Positions 9,839 to 19,067 of a stretch of 64,000 bases of DNA are shown here, one piece after another. How positions within the stretch are numbered: position 1 is the stretch's first letter; the number at the start of each line of letters is the position of its first letter. A program made the position numbers and the translations under genes. The notes under the pieces were generated by a model, which was not told the origin of the DNA, searched no databases, and saw only the letters and a list, made by a program, of their open reading frames with translations. The DNA is from an uncultured Actinomycetes bacterium (GTDB taxonomy: Bacteria > Actinomycetota > UBA4738 > HRBIN12): positions 1,443,377-1,507,376 of the forward strand of contig CAVPJX010000001.1 in NCBI GenBank assembly GCA_963705545.1, in the 5' to 3' direction.

Positions 9839-10049
9839 CCGCTCGAAACCACCGGTCGGCGTGTAACCCTCCCCCGACGAGGGTTCACCCCTTCCGGACG
9901 GCTCGCGGCCCGGCGTAGGCGCTGGTTCACAGGCCCGGGCGGAGCGATCCGCCGGAGGGCGTACCCAGATCCCTCGGGCGTGGGCCCGGGCCCGTCGGGG
10001 CGGGGCGCAGACCCGCGGGGCGGACGGCCGAACAGGGTAGCGTGACCCC

Positions 10050-11000
10050 ATGGCGGCCGAGGTCGTGCTCGCGTGTGGGGGTCTACGCAAGTCGTTCGGA
10101 GACCGGGTCGCCGTCGACGATGTGGGGTTCACGATCGCGGCCGGTGAGACGTACGGCCTGCTCGGGCCGAACGGCGCCGGCAAGACGACCACGATCTCGA
10201 TGGTTTGCGGGCTACTGGCGCGCGACGCGGGACGGGTGTCGCTCCGGGGACGGGACCTCAACACCGGCACCGTCGACGTGAAGGCGGCCGTGGGGTTCGT
10301 CCCGCAGGAGATCGCGATCTACCCGGACCTGACCGCCCGCGAAAACCTGCGGTTCTTCGGCAGGCTCTACGACCTGACGGGCAAGGAGCTCGACGCGAGG
10401 ATCGAGCAGGTTCTGTCGACGATCGGCCTTGCCGACCGAGGGAACGAGCGAACCGACGCGTTCTCCGGGGGCATGAAGCGACGGCTGAACATCGGCCTGG
10501 GCATGCTGAACGACCCTACGCTGCTCGTCCTGGACGAGCCGACGGTCGGCGTGGACCCGCAGAGCCGCAACGCGATCCTCGACGCGGTGGAGGCGCTCGC
10601 GTCCGAGGGCCTCGCCGTCCTCTACACGACCCACTACATGGAAGAGGCAGAGCGGCTCTGCGACCGGGTCGGGATCCTCGACGAGGGAACCCTGAAGGCC
10701 GAGGGGACGCGGCGTGAGCTGATCTCGCTCGTCGGCGAGCACGACCGACTGCGGATCGGCGCGCACGGCGACCTCACGGTCGCCGCGCGCGCCGCGCAGA
10801 CGGTCCCGGGAGTCGAGGCCGCTGTCCCCCGGGACGGCGGCCTCGACGTCCTCGCCCTCGATGTCCGGGCGGTCCTCGCCGACATCGTCCGAGCGGTGGA
10901 CGGGACCGGTGCCGGGATCACGTCGATGGAGGTCCGCGAGCCCAACCTCGAGGCCGTCTTCCTGCACCTCACCGGCAGAGCCCTCCGCGACGACGGGTGA
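10050..11000 (+). CDS. ABC exporter ATP-binding protein (DrrA/NodI-like)
   Basis: GPNGAGKTT, FSGGMKRR, LVLDEPT and YTTHYMEEAERLCDR motifs. Confidence 0.93.
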   Translation: MAAEVVLACGGLRKSFGDRVAVDDVGFTIAAGETYGLLGPNGAGKTTTISMVCGLLARDAGRVSLRGRDLNTGTVDVKAAVGFVPQEIAIYPDLTARENLRFFGRLYDLTGKELDARIEQVLSTIGLADRGNERTDAFSGGMKRRLNIGLGMLNDPTLLVLDEPTVGVDPQSRNAILDAVEALASEGLAVLYTTHYMEEAERLCDRVGILDEGTLKAEGTRRELISLVGEHDRLRIGAHGDLTVAARAAQTVPGVEAAVPRDGGLDVLALDVRAVLADIVRAVDGTGAGITSMEVREPNLEAVFLHLTGRALRDDG

Positions 11001-11004
11001 GCCG

Positions 11005-12159
11005 ATGCGTGACGCGTGGACGATCGCTGCGAAGGATCTCCGGCGGCGCTTCCGCGATCGCACGGCGATCCTGGTGGCGCTCGTCCTGCCCTTCGGGCTC
11101 GCTTGGATCTTCAGCCTGACCCTTGGAGACATCGAGACGCAAGGGTTCGAGGCGACGTACACCATCGTCGACGCGGATCTTGGCGGCGAGCTCCCGGCCG
11201 AGTTCCGGCGCCTCCTGGAGAGCTTGGACTTCGTCACGCTTCGCGAGGCGTCGTCGGCCGCGAGGGCCGAGGCCCTGGCGGAGGACGGCACGATCGACGC
11301 GGCGTTCGTCTTCCCCGCCGGGTTCACGGCTCGGGTGCAGGCCGGGCGCGGAGGCGAGATACGCGTGGTCGGCTCCCCTTCGTCGAGCATCGGCTCGCTC
11401 GTAGCGGTCTCACTCGCCCGCTCGTTCGGGTCGAACCTGAACGCGATCGGGCTCTCGGTGGAGGCGGTGGCGGGGACCGGACCGGTCGACCCGGGCCTGG
11501 TGGAGCGCGCCCAGGCGGTCCCCGCCGCGGCCGAGGCCCGCGTCGCATCGGCGACGGACCAGGCGGTGTCGCAGTCGACGTTCTTCGCGATCGGCATGGC
11601 GGTGTTCTTCCTCTTCTTCGCGGTGGAGTTCGGTGTGCGCGGCTTGCTCGAGGAGCGCGAGGAGGGAACCCTCTCTCGCCTACTCGTCGCGCCGATCCAC
11701 CCAGCCTCGGTGATCGGCGGCAAGGCGCTCGCCAGCTTCCTCGTCGGGCTCGTGAGCACGACACTGCTGGTGATCACCACGACCTGGCTCTTGCAGGCGG
11801 AGTGGGGGGATCCGCTCGGCGTGGTGTTGCTGGTGCTCGGCGGGGTGTTAGCCGCGGTCGGCGTGACGGCGCTCGTCGCGACGCTCGCGACGACGACGGC
11901 TCAGGCAGGCGCGTGGGTCTCGATCGTCGCGGTGGTCGGCGGCCTGCTCGGCGGGACGTTCTTCCCGATCTCCCAGGCCGGGTTGCTGGGCACGATCCGA
12001 TTCCTCTCCCCGCAGGGATGGTTGATGGAGGGGTTCCAAGAGCTCGCATACGGCGGAACGCCAGCCGACATCGGGCTCCCGCTCGCAGGCGTGTTCACGA
12101 TCGCGCTCGTGACCGGATGGATCGCATGGATCCGGGCGGAGCGGATGGTGGCGCAGTGA
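11005..12159 (+). CDS. ABC-2 type exporter permease
   Basis: KDLRRRFRDR N-terminus, large extracellular loop, EEREEGTLSRLLVAP, six TM segments. Confidence 0.9.
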   Translation: MRDAWTIAAKDLRRRFRDRTAILVALVLPFGLAWIFSLTLGDIETQGFEATYTIVDADLGGELPAEFRRLLESLDFVTLREASSAARAEALAEDGTIDAAFVFPAGFTARVQAGRGGEIRVVGSPSSSIGSLVAVSLARSFGSNLNAIGLSVEAVAGTGPVDPGLVERAQAVPAAAEARVASATDQAVSQSTFFAIGMAVFFLFFAVEFGVRGLLEEREEGTLSRLLVAPIHPASVIGGKALASFLVGLVSTTLLVITTTWLLQAEWGDPLGVVLLVLGGVLAAVGVTALVATLATTTAQAGAWVSIVAVVGGLLGGTFFPISQAGLLGTIRFLSPQGWLMEGFQELAYGGTPADIGLPLAGVFTIALVTGWIAWIRAERMVAQ

Positions 12160-12199
12160 TGGAACGGCGGGCTGTGTGGATGAGCCGGGAGGGGTCCGG

Positions 12200-13375
12200 G
12201 TGAGCGCGTGGAACAAGGCGTTCGCGATCGCGGGGGTCAACCTGCGTCGCCTGGTCCGGGACAAGACCGGTGCCTTCTTCGTGTTCGTCTTCCCGTTCCT
12301 GATCATCCTCGCGATCGGCGCGGCGTTCGGCGCCGGCTTCACACCGAACCTCGGGGTCGTCGTCGCGCCCACAGCGGGCCACCTCGGCCACGACCTCCGC
12401 GCACGCCTCGAGGCGACGGAGGACCTAGAGGTCCGGACCTACGCGGACGCCGACGCGCTCCGCCGGGCCGTCGAGCGCGGACAGATCGAGGGCGGCCTGG
12501 TGATCCCCGACGGGTACGACGACCGGATCCGAGCGGGCGGCACGGTCCACCTCGTGGTCCTGGCCCGACCGAGCGGCTCGGGGCAGGAGCTGCAGATGAC
12601 CGTGGGCGCGGTCGTCGACGAGCAGAGCGTCACCGTCCGGGCGGCGCGCTTCGCCGTTTCGGAGGGAGCGGCCGACTTGCTCGACGCCGGCTTGTCGCGG
12701 GCCGAAGACTTGGCGACGACGTTCCCCACGGTCGAGGTGGATGCTCGTACCGCCGGCGGCGAGCGCATCGGGACCTTCGAGACCGGCGCGGCGCAGGAGT
12801 TGATCCTGTTCGTGTTCCTAACCTCGCTCTCCGCATCCGCGATGCTGATCGAGACGCGGCGCTTCGGCGTCACCCGGCGGATGCTCGCGTCGCCGACCTC
12901 GGTCCGCACGATCCTCATCGGTGAAACGCTCGGCCGATACGCGATCGCGCTCGTGCAGGCGCTGCTGATCGTCGGGGGAACGGTCGTGCTGTTCCGGGTG
13001 CAGTGGGGGAACCCGGTCACGACGGGGTTGGTGGTGGTGCTGTTCGCGCTGGCGGCGACGGGGGCCGCGATGCTGATGGGGTCGGTGCTTCGGAACGCGG
13101 CGCAGGCGGGAGCGATGGGGGTGTTCCTGGGGCTGGTCCTCGCGGCCCTCGGCGGCTGCATGGTGCCGCTCGAGGTCTTCCCGCCGCTGATGTACAAGAT
13201 CGCGCACCTGACCCCGCACGCGTGGGCGATCGAGGCCCTCAACGGATCGATGGCGACGTCCGCTGGACCGGTCGAGGTGTCGACGGAACTGACCGTCCTC
13301 GCCGTCTACGCCCTGGCGTTGCTCACGGTCGCGACGATCCTGCTCCGTCGGACGATCACCGAACGCGCGGCCTGA
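12200..13375 (+). CDS. ABC-2 type exporter permease
   Basis: GTG after GGGAGG; NLRRLVRDK, RRFGVTRRMLASP, LGGCMVPLE, TPHAWA. Confidence 0.9.
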   Translation: MSAWNKAFAIAGVNLRRLVRDKTGAFFVFVFPFLIILAIGAAFGAGFTPNLGVVVAPTAGHLGHDLRARLEATEDLEVRTYADADALRRAVERGQIEGGLVIPDGYDDRIRAGGTVHLVVLARPSGSGQELQMTVGAVVDEQSVTVRAARFAVSEGAADLLDAGLSRAEDLATTFPTVEVDARTAGGERIGTFETGAAQELILFVFLTSLSASAMLIETRRFGVTRRMLASPTSVRTILIGETLGRYAIALVQALLIVGGTVVLFRVQWGNPVTTGLVVVLFALAATGAAMLMGSVLRNAAQAGAMGVFLGLVLAALGGCMVPLEVFPPLMYKIAHLTPHAWAIEALNGSMATSAGPVEVSTELTVLAVYALALLTVATILLRRTITERAA

Positions 13376-13527
13376 GGCGTCACCTGTCCTTCCCCTCCCA
13401 CCCACCCTGGGACTCGGGCGGCGAACCGTCTCGAGGAGGTCGGGGATGACCAGGCCCCCGGCCATGGGAGCCATGACCCAGGGGATGCGTGCTCCGCCGG
13501 GACCAGGGTCGGAACGTGACGCAGGCG

Positions 13528-13850
13528 ATGGAGCCCAGAACGGAACCGCGGACGGAACCCTGGGCGGACGAGGATGAGCGCGCGTACCGGTCGGCGCGCG
13601 AACGGGCGACGGCGCTCCAGGGCTTCTAGCCCATCTGCTGGTGTACCTGGTGGTGAACGCAGGGCTCTTCGCGATCAACGCGGTGACCAGCGGCGGCGAC
13701 GGGAGGTGGTGGTGCATCTGGCCGCTGGTCGGCTGGGGGGTGGCGTTGCTGATCCACGGGTTGACGATCTTCGCGGGCGTCTTCTCGATCGACTGGCGCG
13801 ACCGGAAGGCGATGCAGCTGTACGAGCGCGACCGTCGCCGGCCTCGCTGA
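13528..13850 (+). CDS. 2TM-domain small membrane protein, broken by an apparent 1-nt deletion at ~13628
   Basis: ...ERAYRSARERATALQGF-TA[missing base]-AHLLVYLVVNAGLFAIN...WWCIWPLVGWGVALLIHG...WRDRK, a typical 2TM-family pattern across two frames. Confidence 0.75.
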
Positions 13851-13856
13851 CGACGA

Positions 13857-14399
13857 TCAGCGACCGGGGCGCATCTCGTAGCGCACGACGAAGAACGTGC
13901 GGTCAGCGGAGCGGCGTTCGAGTCGTTCGACGAGATGCATGCCGACCTTCTCCGCCACGCGGATCGACGCGACGTTCTCGTCGCTCGCGTACGCGCGCAC
14001 GGTGTCCGCGGACAGGCGTTCGAACGCGTACGCGATCAGGGCTCCGACCGCCTCGGTGGCGTACCCGCGGCCCTGCGCCGCGGGCGAGACCGTGTAGCCG
14101 ATCTTGATCACGCCGGGGTCGTCGTCGGCGGGGCTCAGACCGATGTCGCCGACGAGACGGCCGCCCGTGCGCTCCTCCACGGAGAACTGCACCCAGCCGC
14201 CCGGCTCGCCGACCGCGCGTCCGCCCATCCGCTCGATCTCCTCGCGGACGTGGTCCGGGTCGGTGCTGGTCCATCCCTGGTAGCGATGGACGTCGGGATC
14301 GCTCCGGTAGGCCGAGATCGCTTCGGCGTCGCCCGGCACCGACCGGCGCAGCCGGAGCCGCTCGGTCAGGATCGGTCGGAAGGCTGGGTCGGCGCGCAC
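13857..14399 (-). CDS. RimJ/RimL-type GNAT N-acetyltransferase
   Basis: TERLRLR, IGYTVSPAAQGRGYATEA and NVASIRVAEKVGM motifs. Confidence 0.9.
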   Translation of the reverse strand: MRADPAFRPILTERLRLRRSVPGDAEAISAYRSDPDVHRYQGWTSTDPDHVREEIERMGGRAVGEPGGWVQFSVEERTGGRLVGDIGLSPADDDPGVIKIGYTVSPAAQGRGYATEAVGALIAYAFERLSADTVRAYASDENVASIRVAEKVGMHLVERLERRSADRTFFVVRYEMRPGR

Positions 14400-14409
14400 G
14401 CGGCGGAGC

Positions 14410-15204
14410 CTAGCGAGCTCGCAGGGGGGACACCCACGGCGAGTCGAGCGCGAAGCCGAAGTGCTCGAGCAGGGCCGCGCGGTACGCGGCGTCGCCCCGG
14501 AGCTTCCGGATCGAGCGCACGCCCCGGCGCGTGACGATCACGGCGTGTTCGGAGAGCGTGATCCGCCCCTCGGGCGTCGCGATCGAGCACACCCGTTGGC
14601 GGGTGAAGTGCGATGCGGGAGAGGTCTGGTGGAAGGCGCACATCTCCGCGTACTCCGACAGCGCGCGCGGCGTCCGCGTGAACCGGTACTGGGGCTCGGG
14701 CGAGGCCCCGGCATGCGGGCGGCGGGTGAGGACCAGCTCGTCTCCGTCGGGCTCCAGCCGGTACGTCCCGTTGTCCTGCGCCTGGTCCAGGCCGGGCTCG
14801 AGCCGAAGCGGCTCGACGAACCCGTCGCCGAACCCGACGTCGACGAGCCACGGCCGGGGATCGTCCTCGGCGGCGACCTCGAGCAACAGGTGGTCGAAGG
14901 GCGGTCCGTAGCCGTCGTCGCCCTTCACCCCGGCGGCCAGGCGCTCGACACCGAACCCGACGGCGCGAAGGAGTGCCGCGAACGCCCCGTTCAGCTCGTA
15001 GCAGAAGCCTCCGCGGCGCTGCTCGACGATCTTGCGGACCAGCAGCTCCTCCTCGAGGACGATCGGCCGGCCGACGTGGATGTCGAGGTTCTCGAACGGG
15101 ACGGCGTACAGGTGCGCCCGGTGGAGCTCACGGAGGGCCTCGGCCGACGGCGCAGGGGGCAGCGCGAACCCGATGCGGGACAGGTAGGCCTGGACGTCGA
15201 GCAT
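14410..15204 (-). CDS. Arylamine N-acetyltransferase family protein
   Basis: YLSRIG, VPFENLD, RRGGFCYELN (catalytic Cys), DHL and DVGFG (His/Asp of the triad). Confidence 0.92.
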   Translation of the reverse strand: MLDVQAYLSRIGFALPPAPSAEALRELHRAHLYAVPFENLDIHVGRPIVLEEELLVRKIVEQRRGGFCYELNGAFAALLRAVGFGVERLAAGVKGDDGYGPPFDHLLLEVAAEDDPRPWLVDVGFGDGFVEPLRLEPGLDQAQDNGTYRLEPDGDELVLTRRPHAGASPEPQYRFTRTPRALSEYAEMCAFHQTSPASHFTRQRVCSIATPEGRITLSEHAVIVTRRGVRSIRKLRGDAAYRAALLEHFGFALDSPWVSPLRAR

Positions 15205-15232
15205 GCCCCCAGCATCGCCGATGAGCGGAGGA

Positions 15233-15646
15233 TCAGGGACGTCGCCGGTAGGCGATCGCCCAGCGCTCGGTCCATCCGACGCCGTCGGGCGACGACTCCC
15301 ATCGCCAGTGGAACCGCCCGGGCTCGATGTCGCCGAAGACCATCCGCTTGTAGGCGTCGTCGCGATCGACCCGGGTGGGTGTCGCGAACACGACCTCGCC
15401 GTCGCCGCCGGAACCGACGAACGCCCAGTAGTGCGCGTCCGAGTCGGCCCACGTCTGCCGCCAGGTGCCCAGATGGGCGTCGAAGACGGACAGGCTCGTG
15501 CCGGTGAACGCCTCGGGCGCGAACGCCTCGAACCGCTCGACGACGACGGCTCCGTCGAACTCACGGGTGATGCGGTTCGTCCCGGAGCCGCCCTCCCACG
15601 TGCAGTCCCACTCGCCGAGCCAGAAGTCGAGCGCGTCCGGTCCCAT
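15233..15646 (-). CDS. DUF1579-like beta-barrel hypothetical protein
   Basis: LDFWLGEW, WRQTWAD and WESSPDG..W patterns; ATG 7 nt after TACGGT. Confidence 0.7.
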   Translation of the reverse strand: MGPDALDFWLGEWDCTWEGGSGTNRITREFDGAVVVERFEAFAPEAFTGTSLSVFDAHLGTWRQTWADSDAHYWAFVGSGGDGEVVFATPTRVDRDDAYKRMVFGDIEPGRFHWRWESSPDGVGWTERWAIAYRRRP

Positions 15647-15711
15647 GGGCACGACCGTAGGACACCGCGCGCTCCGAGGCTTGCGAGAACGTGCCGCTCC
15701 CTGGGGCGTGC

Positions 15712-16644
15712 TCAGTCCGCGGGCGCCAGCCGGTCGACCTCGGCGCGCTCCTCTGATGACAGATCCCAGGCGTGCACCGCCGCGACGTTCGCGCGGACCT
15801 GCTCGGGCGTCGTCGCCCCGGCGATCACCGTCGCGACGGCCGGCTGGACGGCGAGCCACGACAACGCGAGCTCGAGCAGGGTATGGCCGCGGTCGGCCGC
15901 GAACGCCTCGAGCCGCTCAACCGTCTCGATGCGGGCGTCCAGCAGTTCGTCCTCGAACCCCGGCCTCGCCAGGCGAGACCCGACCGGCGCCGCCTCGCCG
16001 CGCCGGTACTTGCCGGTCAGCAGGCCGTTGGCGAGCGGGAAGTACGGGATGAACCCGATCCCGGATCGGACGCAGGCATCGAGCACCGCCGCCTCGGGCT
16101 CGCGGTGCAACAGGCTGTAGTGGTTCTGAACGGACGCGAACCCCGGTCCGCCGAGGATCTCGGCCGCGCAGTTGGCCTCCTCGAGCTGAGCGTCGGTGAA
16201 GTTCGAGCACCCGATCTCCACGACCTTGCCCTCCCGGACCAACTCGCTCAGTGCGCCGATCGTGTCAGCGATCGGCGTGTCGACGTCGGGGGAGTGCAGC
16301 TGATACAGGTCGATGCGGTCCGTGCCGAGGCGCCGGAGGCTCGCCTCGGCGGCCTCGCGAACGTAGGCGGGGCGCGCGCCCGCCTCCCGGCCGAGGTCGC
16401 TCCGCATGCCACCGAACTTCGTGGCGATGACCACTCGATCGCGTCGCGTCCCGAGCGCGCGGCCGATGAACTCCTCGCTGAGGCCGTCGCCGTAGTTGTC
16501 GGCGGTGTCGAACGTCGTGATGCCGGCGTCGAGGGCGGCCTCGATCACGGTACGCGAGCGATCCTCGTCGATCCGCCGCCCGAAGTTGTTGCAGCCCAAC
16601 CCAGCCAGGCTCACCTCGATCGTGCCGATCCTCCCCATCCTCAT
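15712..16644 (-). CDS. Aldo/keto reductase
   Basis: GLGCNNFG, FDTADNYG, IATKFG, SLRRLGTDRIDLYQLH and PYFPLANGLLTGKY motifs; ATGA overlap with the upstream gene. Confidence 0.93.
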   Translation of the reverse strand: MRMGRIGTIEVSLAGLGCNNFGRRIDEDRSRTVIEAALDAGITTFDTADNYGDGLSEEFIGRALGTRRDRVVIATKFGGMRSDLGREAGARPAYVREAAEASLRRLGTDRIDLYQLHSPDVDTPIADTIGALSELVREGKVVEIGCSNFTDAQLEEANCAAEILGGPGFASVQNHYSLLHREPEAAVLDACVRSGIGFIPYFPLANGLLTGKYRRGEAAPVGSRLARPGFEDELLDARIETVERLEAFAADRGHTLLELALSWLAVQPAVATVIAGATTPEQVRANVAAVHAWDLSSEERAEVDRLAPAD

Positions 16645-17313
16645 CCTTCCGGGGTCCGATCCTCCAGCTCCCACGCGTGGTCCAGCACGTGCCACGCGAT
16701 CCGTCGCACCGCGTAGCGTGGCGTCCAGAGCCTGCCGCCGCGCGGCCCCGTCCGGTCCGGCTCGTCCCGCGGGATCGTCCACAGCGCCTCGACGATCGCC
16801 GCCCGGACCGGGAGGAGCGCCTCGACGCCCTCCTCGGCGACCTTGATGCCCGCGCCCAGCTTGTTCAGGTACGCGCGATCGGCGTCGGCGACGTGCCGGA
16901 CGATCTCCTCGGCGTCGCGGCCGCCGCCGCGCGGGCCCTTCGTCAGCTCCGCGCTATCGGTGGCGTCGACGGCCCCGTCGAACGTCCGCCAGCAGCGCAC
17001 GCAGCACGCGCTCGGACCGCTTCAGGTCGGCCTCGCCGACGGGCGCGCGGTCGGCCGCTGGCGCCGCGCCGGGAGCGCCGAAGTCGGTCGTCGCGTCGCC
17101 GTCGACGCGATCCACGACCCGGAGCTCGTCCGCCGCACCCGGCGGCGCGAACCCGAGCCGCGCCGAGGCGATCGCGGCCCGGTAGCGTTCCGCGTACGCG
17201 AAGAGCGTTCCGATTGCGGCGTCATCGTCGCGACCGGCGCGGCACCAGCCGGGCCAGTCCAGGGCGCCGGCGAACACGCGCTTGGCGCCGACCTCGAGGT
17301 AGACCTCGGTCAC
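16641..17313 (-). CDS. Conserved actinobacterial hypothetical protein (DinB-like C-terminus), apparent +1 frameshift at ~16995
   Basis: MTEVYLEVGAKRVFAGALDWPGWCR...TTDFGAP...RVLRA joins CWRTFD...KGPRGGGRD...RYAVRRIAWHVLDHAWELEDR if one C is removed; stop/start overlaps at both ends. Confidence 0.75.
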
Positions 17314-17984
17314 ATCCGCGTCCCGACCTCGTCGAGGTGCCGCAGGAGGTCGGCCGGATCCTCGTACACGCGGTACGCGCCCGCGCGCTCGAGCTCGTCC
17401 TGGCCGTAGCCCCCTGACAGCAGCCCGACGCCCAACGCCCGCGCGCGCCGCGCGGCGAGCAGGTCCCACACGCTGTCTCCGACGACGACGGAGTCCTCGA
17501 TCTCGACGCCGAGCCGGTCCGCGGCCGCCAGGAAGAGGTCGGGGTCGGGCTTCGCGCGGAGCACCTGGTCGCGCGTCACGATCGGGACGTCGACCGGGAT
17601 GCCGAGCGCCTCCATCGTGGGCGCGGCGCTCTCGAGCCGGCCGCTCGTCGCGATCGCCCACGGCGTGCCGGTCTCGGTCAGGTAGGCCAGGAGCTCGCAT
17701 GCGCCGGGGAGCGGGCGGACCTGCTCGCGTCGCTCGGCGTACGCCTCGGCGTGCGCGGCCATCAGCCGCGTGGCCTCCTCCTCGGTGACCGGACGGCCGA
17801 GCTCGCGCAGCAGCGCGTTCGCGAACAGCCCGCCGCTCATGCCGATCTTGCGGTGGATCCGCCAGACCGACAGCTCGATGCCGGTGGCCTGCAGCGCGTC
17901 GTGCCAGGCCAGGACGTGCTGGTAGACGCTGTCGACGAGCGTGCCGTCCAGGTCGAACAGGTACGCCTGCCGCGCCTCCGCCAT
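17310..17984 (-). CDS. HAD-superfamily hydrolase, subfamily IA
   Basis: FDLDGTLVDS, IATS, KPDPD and VVGDSVWD motifs. Confidence 0.92.
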   Translation of the reverse strand: MAEARQAYLFDLDGTLVDSVYQHVLAWHDALQATGIELSVWRIHRKIGMSGGLFANALLRELGRPVTEEEATRLMAAHAEAYAERREQVRPLPGACELLAYLTETGTPWAIATSGRLESAAPTMEALGIPVDVPIVTRDQVLRAKPDPDLFLAAADRLGVEIEDSVVVGDSVWDLLAARRARALGVGLLSGGYGQDELERAGAYRVYEDPADLLRHLDEVGTRM

Positions 17985-17994
17985 GCCGCGCAGC

Positions 17995-19002
17995 CTAGCG
18001 CGGGTCTGGATCGGCGTCGGCCGCGGACTCGACCAGCTCCGTGGGCGCGTGGTGCACGGCAGGGATCGAGCCCAGCTTGCCCGCCTGGTAGTCCTGGAAC
18101 GCCTGCAGCACCTCGGCTTTCGTGTTCATCACGAACGGGCCCATCCAGGCGACGGGTTCGCCGATCGGTCGCCCGCCCAGGACGATCACCTCGAGCTCGG
18201 GCGAACGGCTCTCCTGTCCGGTCGCCGCAGCGACGCGGACGGCGTCACCGGGGCCGAACAGGGCCAGCTGCCCGGTGCGGACCGGCCGTCCCTCGGCGCC
18301 GACCGTGCCCTCGCCCGCCAGGACGTAGACGAGCGCGTTGAACGCTGGGTCCCAGGGGAGGTCCAGGCGAGCGCCGGGCGCGATCGACGCGTGGACCATC
18401 GCGATCGGGGTGTACGTGTCGCCGGGGCCGCGGCGTCCCTCCAGCTCTCCTGCGATCACGCGCACCAGGGATCCGGCGTCGGCCGAGGCGAACAGCACGA
18501 CCTCGGACGCCCGCAGGTCCTGGTAGCGCGGCGGCGTCCACTTCTCGGCCCTCGGGAGGTTGACCCAGAGCTGCAGACCGTGGAAGAGCCCTCCGCTCAC
18601 GACCAGGTGCTCCGGCGGCTTCTCGATGTGGAGGATCCCGGCGCCGGCGGTCATCCATTGCGTGTCGCCGTTCGTGATCACGCCGCCGCCCCCGTTGGAG
18701 TCCTGGTGCTCGAAGATCCCGTCGATGATGTAGGTGACGGTCTCGAAGCCGCGGTGCGGGTGCCACGGCGTGCCCTTCGGCTCGCCGGGTGCGTACTCGA
18801 CCTCGCCCATCTGATCCAGGTGCACGAACGGGTCGAGGTCGGCCAGGTCCACGCCCCAGAACGCGCGTCGGACCGGGAACCCCTCGCCCTCCAGGGCCGA
18901 GGGTGCGGTGGTCACGGTGCGCACGGACCGATGGCGGGCGGCGGGCGGGAGCTCCGGGAGTCGCTGCAGTCTGGTGAGGTCGTCGACGGTGACGGCCGGC
19001 AT
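17995..19002 (-). CDS. Pirin family protein
   Basis: DPFVHLD, HPHRGFETVTY, WMTAGAGILHIE, QLWVNLP and GPFVMNT motifs; RBS AAGGAGG. Confidence 0.95.
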   Translation of the reverse strand: MPAVTVDDLTRLQRLPELPPAARHRSVRTVTTAPSALEGEGFPVRRAFWGVDLADLDPFVHLDQMGEVEYAPGEPKGTPWHPHRGFETVTYIIDGIFEHQDSNGGGGVITNGDTQWMTAGAGILHIEKPPEHLVVSGGLFHGLQLWVNLPRAEKWTPPRYQDLRASEVVLFASADAGSLVRVIAGELEGRRGPGDTYTPIAMVHASIAPGARLDLPWDPAFNALVYVLAGEGTVGAEGRPVRTGQLALFGPGDAVRVAAATGQESRSPELEVIVLGGRPIGEPVAWMGPFVMNTKAEVLQAFQDYQAGKLGSIPAVHHAPTELVESAADADPDPR

Positions 19003-19067
19003 CGGGTCCTCCTTCGTCGACCACCGGAACGGGCGGACGGTACCGGGGTATTCCCGCCGGGCCCGGA

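Noticed and set aside
9885-9935. Minus-strand TGAACC...TCCGGAAGG resembling SRP RNA
   Set aside because: The conserved CAGG before and AGCAG after the GGAA loop are missing.
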